Origin: an uncultured Pseudomonadota bacterium
Lineage (GTDB): Bacteria; Oederibacteriota; Muellerivitia; Muellerivitales; Muellerivitaceae
DNA: 64,000 nucleotides
Assembly: GCA_963770835.1 (NCBI GenBank)
Contig: CAVYRH010000004.1
Span: forward strand, 416,001 to 480,000
Direction: 5' to 3'
The position numbers were made by a program, and so were the translations under genes. Positions 1-8,271 of the stretch are shown piece after piece. The first letter of the stretch is position 1. Each line of letters begins with the position of its first letter. Below the pieces are notes generated by a model. That model made no database searches. It had not been told where the DNA came from and worked only from the letters and a program-made list of their open reading frames with translations.

Positions 1-212
1 GGCTCGTTTGGGCGCTTTTGAGGTCCCAGCTCTGGGCTTATCCCACCGCCATCGGAGTTTTTATCGCCTTCGGGGCGTACCAGATTTACCGTTACGTCCT
101 TTCGGCCTCACCGGCCATGGTGGTGCTGACGGTCCTGGACGTCCTCGTCATCTGGCTGACTTGGGCCGAGTACCGCCGGCTCAAGGGAGAAAGGGCCCGC
201 GCACCGGACTGA
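1..212 (+). CDS. DUF2127-like membrane protein, 3' part (5'-truncated by window)
   Basis: C-terminal LWAYP...YQIYRY...LTVLDVLVIWLTWAEYRRL resembles the DUF2127 family; hydrophobic helices. Confidence 0.7.
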   Translation, partial: LVWALLRSQLWAYPTAIGVFIAFGAYQIYRYVLSASPAMVVLTVLDVLVIWLTWAEYRRLKGERARAPD

Positions 213-265
213 AAAAATTTATAAACCGGAGGAAAAAGGACAGAAACAGTGGGCCCGGATTTTCC

Positions 266-2017
266 TCAGGGCGTCCCGGAAGAAGGATCCATCTCGATGC
301 GGACGGAGACGCTTAAGGTTTCGGTCCCGCCCCCCTTGAAGAGGGTGCCTGAGGTGGGGGTGGCGTCCAGGTAGTGCCTTCCACAGGCCACCCTGACGTG
401 GTCCAGGCCCACTACGGTTCCGTTGGTGGGGTCGAAGCCGCACCAGCCGCTCTGGGGCAGGTAGATTTCCACCCAGGCATGGGAGGCGTCGGCCCAGGGT
501 TTGTTCTCATAGTTGCCCCCTGTGAAGATGTAGCCCACCCGGTAACGCGCGGGCAGGTTCATCAGGCGCGCCATGCAGATGAAGAGATTGGAGAAGTCCT
601 GGCACACGCCCTGGCGGCTCGCGTAGACCTCGAAGGGTGTGGTGGCGCTGTTGGTGGAACCGCTCACGTAGGCGTAATCATTGTGGATGGTCTGGTTCAT
701 ATCCAAGAGCGTATCCAAAAGGTCCATGTCGTTTCTTTGGGCGAAGCCCATGGCATAGTCGGTGAGTTCCTTCAACTGGGTCTCGGGAAGTTCGGGCGGT
801 AAAAGATAAGGAAGCATCATCTGACGCTGGCCGGGCATCCAAACGACCGGCATCTGCTCCCGCTTGGGCAGGCCGGAGAGCCAGCGGGTGGGGCCCTCGG
901 TCAGCCGCACCCTCGAGAAGGCCTTGATCACCATTTCAGTGAAGGGCTTGTCCACTTCCAATTGAATCGTGGTGTTCCCAAAAACGTCCTGGAATTCCCG
1001 CCGCCTTCCCTCCACCGAAATATCCAGGCGGAAGTCCAGCAGTCCCTGGAAGCGGTCCTCCACGGGCCGCAAGCGCAACAGGTGGAGGGAGCGTTCCACG
1101 GGCATTCGGTAGTGATAGGTGGTCTCATGCGCCACGTTCAAGACGCAGGGGTCGGTCCGCCGGGCCAGGGGAGGGGCAAAGAGGGTGGTCTGCTGGCCCT
1201 GGCTTCCCACCAAGGCCCAGGGGTTTGCCTGGGAAGGATCCGCCACCGAGCTGTCGTACAAAAGGCGGCTCCGGCGGACCACCTTTAGGCTTCCGGGCGG
1301 CAAGGGTTGCCAGTCCTCGCCCGACAAAGGATGGCTGGAAAAGGCGTAAAGCGTGCGGTTGGCGTCCAGGGCGTTGCCCAGGTCGATGGAAAGCATCTCG
1401 CTTTCCAGTAAACCCTCCGGGTGGGGAGGCGTGCGCCGGAGGCTGAAAATCCCGCCACGCCCCTCCCGGTCGCGGTAGGCCAGGTGGTTCTTGCCATCGC
1501 TTAAGACGCAGTTCAACTCCCCCAGGGCGTTGACCTCGGTCAGCCATTGGTGAAGGTCCTTCCAGGGCACATCGGAGAGGCGCCGGGCCTGCCTCAGGAA
1601 AAGCTGGTGAAGGACCCAACAGAAAGCGTGTTCCATGGGGGAGGAGCCCAAGGGCTCGAAGCTAGGGTCCCCGCCCAGGGAAAGGGCGGCCTTGAAGTCG
1701 CCTTTGAGGCTTCCGTTGAAGATAAAAACGAACTGGCGGCCCCCGTAGCTGCGCAGGTAGGGGGGAATGTTCTTTCCTGTCTGCCGCTCGCCGGTCATGG
1801 CGAAAAAGGATGCGGACCTAAAACGGTTCCAGTCGGCCAGGACCCTTTTCAAGTCCTCGTCCCCCGCGCCGGCGCCCCGCAGGAGGGTGGCCGGGCCGTC
1901 GTCGCCGGTATAGCCCACCATACCCCAGTCGCCGGGCAGGGCCGGGTCCGAGGGGGGCTTGAGGCGCAAGGAGGGTGAAGCCACATTATCGAAGGACAGG
2001 GAGAAGAAGTTCTGCAT
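266..2017 (-). CDS. Class II glutamine amidotransferase-like (YafJ/EgtC-like) domain fused to a bacterial transglutaminase
   Basis: N-half has Ntn-GATase-like segments (DWGMVGY, FIFNGSL, MEHAFCWVL, GELNCVLSDG, FSSHPLSGEDWQPL). C-half has HETTYHY...LRLRP, FQDVFGN and the transglutaminase triad GVCQDF / SHAWVE / GFDPTN. Confidence 0.85.
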   Translation of the reverse strand: MQNFFSLSFDNVASPSLRLKPPSDPALPGDWGMVGYTGDDGPATLLRGAGAGDEDLKRVLADWNRFRSASFFAMTGERQTGKNIPPYLRSYGGRQFVFIFNGSLKGDFKAALSLGGDPSFEPLGSSPMEHAFCWVLHQLFLRQARRLSDVPWKDLHQWLTEVNALGELNCVLSDGKNHLAYRDREGRGGIFSLRRTPPHPEGLLESEMLSIDLGNALDANRTLYAFSSHPLSGEDWQPLPPGSLKVVRRSRLLYDSSVADPSQANPWALVGSQGQQTTLFAPPLARRTDPCVLNVAHETTYHYRMPVERSLHLLRLRPVEDRFQGLLDFRLDISVEGRRREFQDVFGNTTIQLEVDKPFTEMVIKAFSRVRLTEGPTRWLSGLPKREQMPVVWMPGQRQMMLPYLLPPELPETQLKELTDYAMGFAQRNDMDLLDTLLDMNQTIHNDYAYVSGSTNSATTPFEVYASRQGVCQDFSNLFICMARLMNLPARYRVGYIFTGGNYENKPWADASHAWVEIYLPQSGWCGFDPTNGTVVGLDHVRVACGRHYLDATPTSGTLFKGGGTETLSVSVRIEMDPSSGTP

Positions 2018-2097
2018 CCGCCTATTCTACTATTGAAACCACCCGAAGTGGACACTCTAATAGGCCCCTAATCCAAATCCGCAACGGGTTTAAACCT

Positions 2098-5000
2098 ATG
2101 GCCACCCAAGTCTTGCTGGAACACACCACCCTTTACCGCTTTGACCGGCCCGTGCGCCTGGGGCCCCATATCATCCGCCTGAAACCCGCGCCGCACTGCC
2201 GCACGCCCATCCTATCCTACTCCCTTTCCATCGTCCCCAAAAAACATTTCCTCAATTGGCAGCAGGACCCTTTCGGCAATTACCTGGCCCGGGTCGTGAT
2301 CCCGGAGGCGGCCGGCGAATTAGAGGTCACGGTTTCCCTGCGGGCGCAGTTGGACCCCATCAATCCATTCGATTTTTTCATCGAGGAGGATTACCTCCAT
2401 TTTCCCTTCAAGTACGAAAAGAAGCTGGCCTCTGACCTTCGTCCCTACCTGACGGTGGAGGAAAAGGGCCCGCTGCTCAAGAAGTTCGTAAAAAGTTTCG
2501 GCCGCAAGAAGCGGCACATGGTCGAGATGCTCTCCGAGGTCAACCAGAAGATCAACCGGCAGAGCCGGTACCTGGTACGGCTGGAACCGGGAGTCCAAAG
2601 TTCCGAGGAAACACTCTCACTTAAAAGCGGATCCTGCCGCGACCTGGCCTGGCTGGCCTGCCAGGCCTTCCGGCACTTAGGGATCGCCGCCCGTTTCGCC
2701 TCCGGCTACCTTATCCAACTGGTGGCGGACGAAGAACCGGTGTCCGGCCCCAAGGGCCCGGAGAAGGATTTCACGGACCTTCACGCCTGGGTGGAAGTCT
2801 ACTTGCCGGGCGCGGGCTGGGTGGGGCTGGACCCCACCTCAGGGTTCTTCGCCAGCGAGGGCCATATCCCCTTGAGCTGCACCCCGCACCCCACCAGCGC
2901 CGCCCCCATCAGCGGCACCCTGGAGGATTGCGAGACCGTCATGGAGCACAGGATGACCCTGAAGCGGGTTTTGGACCCGCCGCGGGCCACCCTTCCCCTG
3001 ACCCCGGACCAATGGGAATCCATCGACCGCCTGGGGGAGGCGGTGGATGACCGCCTCAACCTATTGGGCGTGGGCCTCACCATGGGCGGGGAGCCCACCT
3101 TCGTGTCGGTGGATAACCGCGACGACCCCCAATGGGTCACGGGCGCCCTGGGCGCGGAGAAACTGAAAAAAGGCTGGGAACTGCTCTCCCGCCTCAGGAA
3201 GCGCTTCTCACCGGGCTCCTTGGCCCAGGCCGGCCAGGGCAAATGGTACGGGGGTGAACCCTTGCCCCGCTGGTCCTTGAACTGCTTCTGGCGCGCCGAT
3301 GGCGAGCCGGTTTGGCTGAACGAGCAACTTTTGGCGGACCCTTCGGTTCCCGGTGACGCGCCCTTGAACGGCGCTAAGGCGCTTTTGACCCAATTGGCCC
3401 AGGGCCTGGGGATTCCGCCTTCGCGCATCCTTCCAGCTTATGAGGATGCTGAAGAACACCCCTTGGCGCCGGCCGCCGCTGCTTTGCTCCCCCCGCCCCC
3501 CGAAGTTAAAGGCGCCACCGGACAAGAGCGTAAGCGCCCCCCCAAGAAGCCCAAGGAAGGCACTCCCCAACCCGTGGGTTACGTTTTGCCGCTCAACTGG
3601 AGCCTGGCACAGGAAGGCTGGGCCAGCGAGGCCTGGCGTTTTGAGAAGGGCCATCTTTCCCTCATCGAGGGGGATTCGCCCCTAGGCTACCGCCTGGCCT
3701 TGAACGACATCCTCAAAGATAAACCCCTGGAGCCGGTGCCTTTCGCGCGCGACCCCTTTGAGGATTTCACACCCCTTCCTTCCCACAAGAAGCTGGCGGC
3801 GGCGCCACCCAACCCGCGGTCCGAGGCCAAGGGGGCGGTCCGCACGGCCCTTTGCCTCGAGATCCGGGAGGGGAAGCTCCATGTGTTCCTGCCGCCCCTC
3901 TACCAGTTGGAGCATTTCCTCGAGCTGGTGGCCAAGGTGGAGGCCGCCGCCGCGGCGCTTCATTTGAGCGTGGTGGTGGAAGGCTACGAGCCTCCCTCCG
4001 ACAGCCGCCTTTTGTGCTTCCGCATCACTCCGGACCCGGGCGTGTTGGAGGTCAACATCCATCCCGCCGCCGACTGGGAGAGTCTTCGGGACAACACCGA
4101 GGTCTTATATGAGGAAGCCCGGCAGATCGGCCTGACCGCCGTGAAATTCACCGTCAACGGCAGGCCCGTGGGGACGGGGGGCGGAAGCCACCTGGTTTTG
4201 GGCGCCTCCATCCCGGAAAAGAGCCCCTTCTTTCGCCAGCCCCGGCTGCTGCCCGCCATGATCGCTTATTGGCAGAGGCATCCCAGCCTTTCCTACTTCT
4301 TCACGACCCTTTTTGTGGGGCCCACCAGCCAGGCCCCCCGGCCCGACGAGGCCCGGCATGATTCCCTTTACGAACTGGAAAACGCCATGCGGCGCATCCC
4401 GCCGGAGGGCGACCTGCCCTTTTGGCGCCTGGACCGGCTTTTCCGGCACCTGTTGGTGGACGTCTCCGGCAACACCCACCGCACCGAATTCTGCATCGAC
4501 AAGCTCTACGACCCCAGCTCGGGCCGGGGCCGCCAGGGCCTGCTGGAGCTTCGCGCTTTTGAGATGGCCCCCAACCCCCGCATGGCGCTCCTGCAACAGC
4601 TTTTGGTCCGGGCCCTGGTGGCCCATCTCTACAAAGTCCCGCTCAAATCCAGCCTGGTGCGCTGGGGCACCCGGCTTCACGACCAGTTCCTGCTGCCCTG
4701 GTACCTGTGGGATGACCTGGCGAAGGTCCTGGAGGACTTGTGCCATGACGGCTTTGCCTTCGAGCTGGAATGGTTCCGCGCGCACTTTAACTTCCGTTTT
4801 CCCTCCTGTGGCAAGGTCTTGATCGAGGGGGTCGAGCTGGAAATAAGGCCCGCCCTGGAGCCCTGGCCGGTTTTGGGCGAGGAGGCGGTGGGCTCCACCA
4901 TGAGCCGGGCCATTGACGCCTCCACCGAAAGGGTGCAGGTGACGGTGAAGGACGCCCGGCCCGGGCTGGTGCTCGCCTGTAACGGGCGCCGGGTGCCCTT

Positions 5001-5343
5001 GATGGCCACCACCACACCAGGCCTACAAGTCGCGGGGATCCGCTACAAGGCCTGGGACCAGCCCTTTTCTTTATATGGAGATCTGCCCGCCGTGCCCTTT
5101 TTGGAATTGGACCTGATCGACCCGGACAAGGGGATTTCGCTCGGGGGCTGCGCGCTCCATACTTTCCACCCGGGGGGAAGGGCTTTCGACCTGATGCCGG
5201 TTAACGCGGAGGAGGCCGAGTCCCGCTGGAAGGCGCGCTTCGAACCCCATGGGCGCTCCAGCGGGAAGATGAACGCCCCGCCGGAAGAATCCCACGACGA
5301 TTTTCCCCATACACTAGACTTGAGAAGGCCCCGGACGGTTTAA
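2098..5343 (+). CDS. Transglutaminase + DUF2126 putative COOH-NH2 amidoligase
   Basis: HTTLYRFDRPVRLGPH, WQQDPFGN, GSCRD, DLHAWVEVYLPGAGWVGLDPTSG; ligase motifs GGEPTFVS, TPDPGVLEVN, GTGGGSH, SQAPRPDE, GNTHRTEFCIDK, LLELRAFEM. Start taken as the in-frame ATG at 2098. Confidence 0.9.
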   Translation: MATQVLLEHTTLYRFDRPVRLGPHIIRLKPAPHCRTPILSYSLSIVPKKHFLNWQQDPFGNYLARVVIPEAAGELEVTVSLRAQLDPINPFDFFIEEDYLHFPFKYEKKLASDLRPYLTVEEKGPLLKKFVKSFGRKKRHMVEMLSEVNQKINRQSRYLVRLEPGVQSSEETLSLKSGSCRDLAWLACQAFRHLGIAARFASGYLIQLVADEEPVSGPKGPEKDFTDLHAWVEVYLPGAGWVGLDPTSGFFASEGHIPLSCTPHPTSAAPISGTLEDCETVMEHRMTLKRVLDPPRATLPLTPDQWESIDRLGEAVDDRLNLLGVGLTMGGEPTFVSVDNRDDPQWVTGALGAEKLKKGWELLSRLRKRFSPGSLAQAGQGKWYGGEPLPRWSLNCFWRADGEPVWLNEQLLADPSVPGDAPLNGAKALLTQLAQGLGIPPSRILPAYEDAEEHPLAPAAAALLPPPPEVKGATGQERKRPPKKPKEGTPQPVGYVLPLNWSLAQEGWASEAWRFEKGHLSLIEGDSPLGYRLALNDILKDKPLEPVPFARDPFEDFTPLPSHKKLAAAPPNPRSEAKGAVRTALCLEIREGKLHVFLPPLYQLEHFLELVAKVEAAAAALHLSVVVEGYEPPSDSRLLCFRITPDPGVLEVNIHPAADWESLRDNTEVLYEEARQIGLTAVKFTVNGRPVGTGGGSHLVLGASIPEKSPFFRQPRLLPAMIAYWQRHPSLSYFFTTLFVGPTSQAPRPDEARHDSLYELENAMRRIPPEGDLPFWRLDRLFRHLLVDVSGNTHRTEFCIDKLYDPSSGRGRQGLLELRAFEMAPNPRMALLQQLLVRALVAHLYKVPLKSSLVRWGTRLHDQFLLPWYLWDDLAKVLEDLCHDGFAFELEWFRAHFNFRFPSCGKVLIEGVELEIRPALEPWPVLGEEAVGSTMSRAIDASTERVQVTVKDARPGLVLACNGRRVPLMATTTPGLQVAGIRYKAWDQPFSLYGDLPAVPFLELDLIDPDKGISLGGCALHTFHPGGRAFDLMPVNAEEAESRWKARFEPHGRSSGKMNAPPEESHDDFPHTLDLRRPRTV

Positions 5344-5482
5344 CAGGATGCTGAAAAAGTCCGGAGAACGGACTTTTTCCTACTTATGAACGAGCCACAG
5401 TACAAAAAAACCATATTTTTAGTGGCTCGTTCTATCCCATGGCTGTTGACAGGGTGCTGAAAAATACTTTTTCAGCACCCTG
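5344..5482. mobile_element. MITE-like non-autonomous element (139 bp) with terminal inverted repeats and TTAA flanks
   Basis: Left end CAGGATGCTGAAAAAGT and right end ACTTTTTCAGCACCCTG are complementary at 16 of 17 positions. TTAA lies on both sides (5340-5343, 5483-5486). Internal hairpins present. Confidence 0.7.
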
Positions 5483-5496
5483 TTAAGAAGGTGTTT

Positions 5497-6588
5497 ATGG
5501 TCGCGGTGAAAAAGGCGAAATACGACAAGGTGGAGCGGGAAAGGAAACTTTTCCAGCAGCAGGCCCACTTGTACCGGCAGCTCATGGAAGCCATGCGGGA
5601 AGGCCACCCCCAAGGCGAAATCTTCAAGTCGATCATCACGGTGGCCACCAAGGGCCTGGGCTATGACCGCGCGGGCATTTTCCTGGCGGACGAGAACGAC
5701 TCCAGGATCAAACTGGTCATGGGCGTCGACGACAAGGGGAAGTACGACAAACACGCCACCGAATTCCCCCTGGTGGACTCCAAGGGGCAGGACCCCTTTT
5801 CCGACATCTATTTCGGCTACCGGCGGAATTTCCTCCTGAACCGCCCTCCCCTTAAAAACTCCGCCTTACCGTTCAAGAGCAAATCCTACAAGCTCGATTC
5901 CCGCGTCCAAAACCACGCTATCGTGCCCCTGGAAGTGGGCAAGGGGGAAATCATGGGCCTTTTGGCGGTGGATAACCTCTTCACCCACCGCCGCATCACC
6001 CCGGCGGACCTGTCCTCCCTCATGGATTTCGCCACCCAGGCGGGCCTTGCCATCCAATCCATCCAAATGCACCACAAGATCGTGAACCTGACCATCATGG
6101 ATACGCTTACCGAGGTCTTCAACCTGCGCTATTTCGACCGGGTCCTGGACGCGGAAATAAAACGCGCCCAGCGTTATAGCAGCAGCTTCGGGTTGCTTTA
6201 CGTGGACGCGGACCATTTCAAGGCCGTGAACGACGGATGGGGACACGAAGTGGGGGACCAAGTCTTGAAGCACCTGGCCCTGGTGCTGCGGACCGGGGTG
6301 CGCAACATCGACACGGTGGCGCGTATCGGGGGTGAGGAATTCGCCATCATCCTGCCCGAGACCAACCCCAACGGGACGGTTCTGACCGCCAGCCGGCTGG
6401 TCCAAAGCGTGGCGGATGCCGAATTCCCGACCGAGGCCAAAAAGCTCACCGTCAGCGTCGGGATCACCTGCTTTCCCCGCCCTTGCGGCAAGGCCGATGC
6501 CGTCAGGAACCTGGCCGATCGAAGCCTCTATGCCGCCAAAAACGACGGCCGCAACTGCGTCGGGCCTTTTGTTCCATTAAGCTCTTAA
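5497..6588 (+). CDS. GAF-GGDEF diguanylate cyclase
   Basis: GAF-like N-terminus; DTLTEVFNLRYF, DADHFKAVND..GH..GD, RNID I-site and GGEEF active site. Confidence 0.9.
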   Translation: MVAVKKAKYDKVERERKLFQQQAHLYRQLMEAMREGHPQGEIFKSIITVATKGLGYDRAGIFLADENDSRIKLVMGVDDKGKYDKHATEFPLVDSKGQDPFSDIYFGYRRNFLLNRPPLKNSALPFKSKSYKLDSRVQNHAIVPLEVGKGEIMGLLAVDNLFTHRRITPADLSSLMDFATQAGLAIQSIQMHHKIVNLTIMDTLTEVFNLRYFDRVLDAEIKRAQRYSSSFGLLYVDADHFKAVNDGWGHEVGDQVLKHLALVLRTGVRNIDTVARIGGEEFAIILPETNPNGTVLTASRLVQSVADAEFPTEAKKLTVSVGITCFPRPCGKADAVRNLADRSLYAAKNDGRNCVGPFVPLSS

Positions 6589-6758
6589 AACAAATTCGTC
6601 CTAACGGCTGTCATAGGATCCTTTACCCAGTTTAAAAGACCTGAAACCAGGGGTAAAAAGCCGGTCCCTGGCTATAATAGGCGGCATGGATTTTATTGGG
6701 TGAGACGCAGATGTAATTGGCGGCGGGCCCCTTCGGGGAATGAAAGCAGGATGGTGAT

Positions 6759-7745
6759 ATGAAAACAGCAGTCATCGGCACAGGCAACATGGGGACGGCC
6801 CTGGCCTGCCTTTTGGCCGACAACGGGCACACCGTGGCCTGCTGGGACCACGTACCGGAAGTGGTGGAAGACATCAAAAAAAACCACGTGAATACCCGGT
6901 TCCTGCCCGAGGTACAGCTACCCTCCAGCGTGACGGCGGACCACCTTTTAAACCATGTCGTGCGGGAAGCCCGGATGGTTTTCATCGCCACGCCTTCCCT
7001 TTATTTCCGCCAGGCAGTCAAGGAATTTTCACCCTTTTCCCCGCCCGAGGCGGTGGTGGTGGGCACTTCCAAGGGATTGGAATCCGCCACCCACAAGCGC
7101 ATGAGCCAGGTTTACGCCGAAGCGACCCTGCACGCCCCCGACCACTATGTGGCGTTGTCCGGCCCCTCCATCGCCGGTGATTTCGCCCGCAAGAGGCCCA
7201 CGGCGGTTGTGATCGCCGGGACCAACCATACCTGCGTGCAAAAGGCGGCCGGGGTGCTGGCCAACCCCTACTTCCGCGTGGAAATCTCCAACGACCCCTT
7301 GGGCGTGGAATGGGGCGGGGTTTTGAAGAACATTTACGGCTTGGGATTCGGCCTTTTGGACGGCCTGAACGGGGACAGCCCCAACCTGAAGGCGGCTTTC
7401 ACGACCATGGCGCTGAAGGAAATCAAGGAAATCGCCGCTTCCATGGGGGCGAAGGAAAAGACCATGGAAGGCTTGGCCGGCCTGGGGGACCTGGTGTCCA
7501 CGGGTTTTTCACCCAATTCCCACAACCGCAAACTGGGCGAGTACTTGGCCCATGGCATGGAGTACGACAAGGCCATCGAGAAAATGGGCGGGGTGGTCCC
7601 CGAGGGAGTGCATACCCTCAAGGTCATCCTGGAGACGGCCGGCGCTTCCACGGAAACGCCCTTGGCCCACCTCATCCAGACCTGCCTGACCCAGCCGGCG
7701 GCCCGGACGAAGTTCGTGGATGAGGTTTGGAAGATCGTATCCTAA
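6759..7745 (+). CDS. gpsA: NAD(P)H-dependent glycerol-3-phosphate dehydrogenase
   Basis: GTGNMGTALA, SKGLE, LSGPSIA, GVEWGGVLKN, GLAGLGDL, EGV motifs. Confidence 0.92.
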   Translation: MKTAVIGTGNMGTALACLLADNGHTVACWDHVPEVVEDIKKNHVNTRFLPEVQLPSSVTADHLLNHVVREARMVFIATPSLYFRQAVKEFSPFSPPEAVVVGTSKGLESATHKRMSQVYAEATLHAPDHYVALSGPSIAGDFARKRPTAVVIAGTNHTCVQKAAGVLANPYFRVEISNDPLGVEWGGVLKNIYGLGFGLLDGLNGDSPNLKAAFTTMALKEIKEIAASMGAKEKTMEGLAGLGDLVSTGFSPNSHNRKLGEYLAHGMEYDKAIEKMGGVVPEGVHTLKVILETAGASTETPLAHLIQTCLTQPAARTKFVDEVWKIVS

Positions 7746-7746
7746 A

Positions 7747-7781
7747 GGCAGTTGGCAGCTCGCAGTCGACAGTCGGCAGTA
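7747..7781. repeat. Degenerate 7-bp tandem repeat (5 units)
   Basis: GGCAGTT GGCAGCT CGCAGTC GACAGTC GGCAGTA directly after the gpsA stop. Confidence 0.7.
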
Positions 7782-7812
7782 AAAGATTGAAAACTATAAA
7801 AAGGTTGACGCC

Positions 7813-8253
7813 TTGCCACTGGAATTCGTATCCCATTATCCCGAATGGCACCACGTCCTGTTCAAGATCAAGGACGCGGACCTGTCCATCCACTTTTACA
7901 GCGAATACCTGGGGATGGGGGCGGTTTCGGACCAAAGGGATGGCGACGGCAAGCGGTGGGTCTGGATGCGGTTCTCCGAAAACCCCTACGCGCCCTTTTT
8001 CGTTTTCGTGGAAGAGCCTCAGTTGAAGGGTTCCCACGGGACGTCCGCCGCCCCCCCGACCTTTTCCTTCCGGTTGCCCGATGTGAAACCCGTGGAGGAA
8101 ATCAGCGCCAAGGCCAAGAAGGACAATTGCCTCATTGAACCGGCCGGGTATGGAGGGCACATCAAGGGGTATTTTTGTGTGATTTCGGACCCCGACGGCA
8201 ATTTTTTGGAATTCTCCTATCAGCTGTCCCCCAAACCGGGGCAAACACAATAA
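7813..8253 (+). CDS. VOC/glyoxalase family protein
   Basis: HHVLFKIKD...SIHFYSEYLG and C-terminal DPDGNFLEFS. Confidence 0.85.
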   Translation: MPLEFVSHYPEWHHVLFKIKDADLSIHFYSEYLGMGAVSDQRDGDGKRWVWMRFSENPYAPFFVFVEEPQLKGSHGTSAAPPTFSFRLPDVKPVEEISAKAKKDNCLIEPAGYGGHIKGYFCVISDPDGNFLEFSYQLSPKPGQTQ

Positions 8254-8271
8254 AAGGTTAATTTTAAATTC

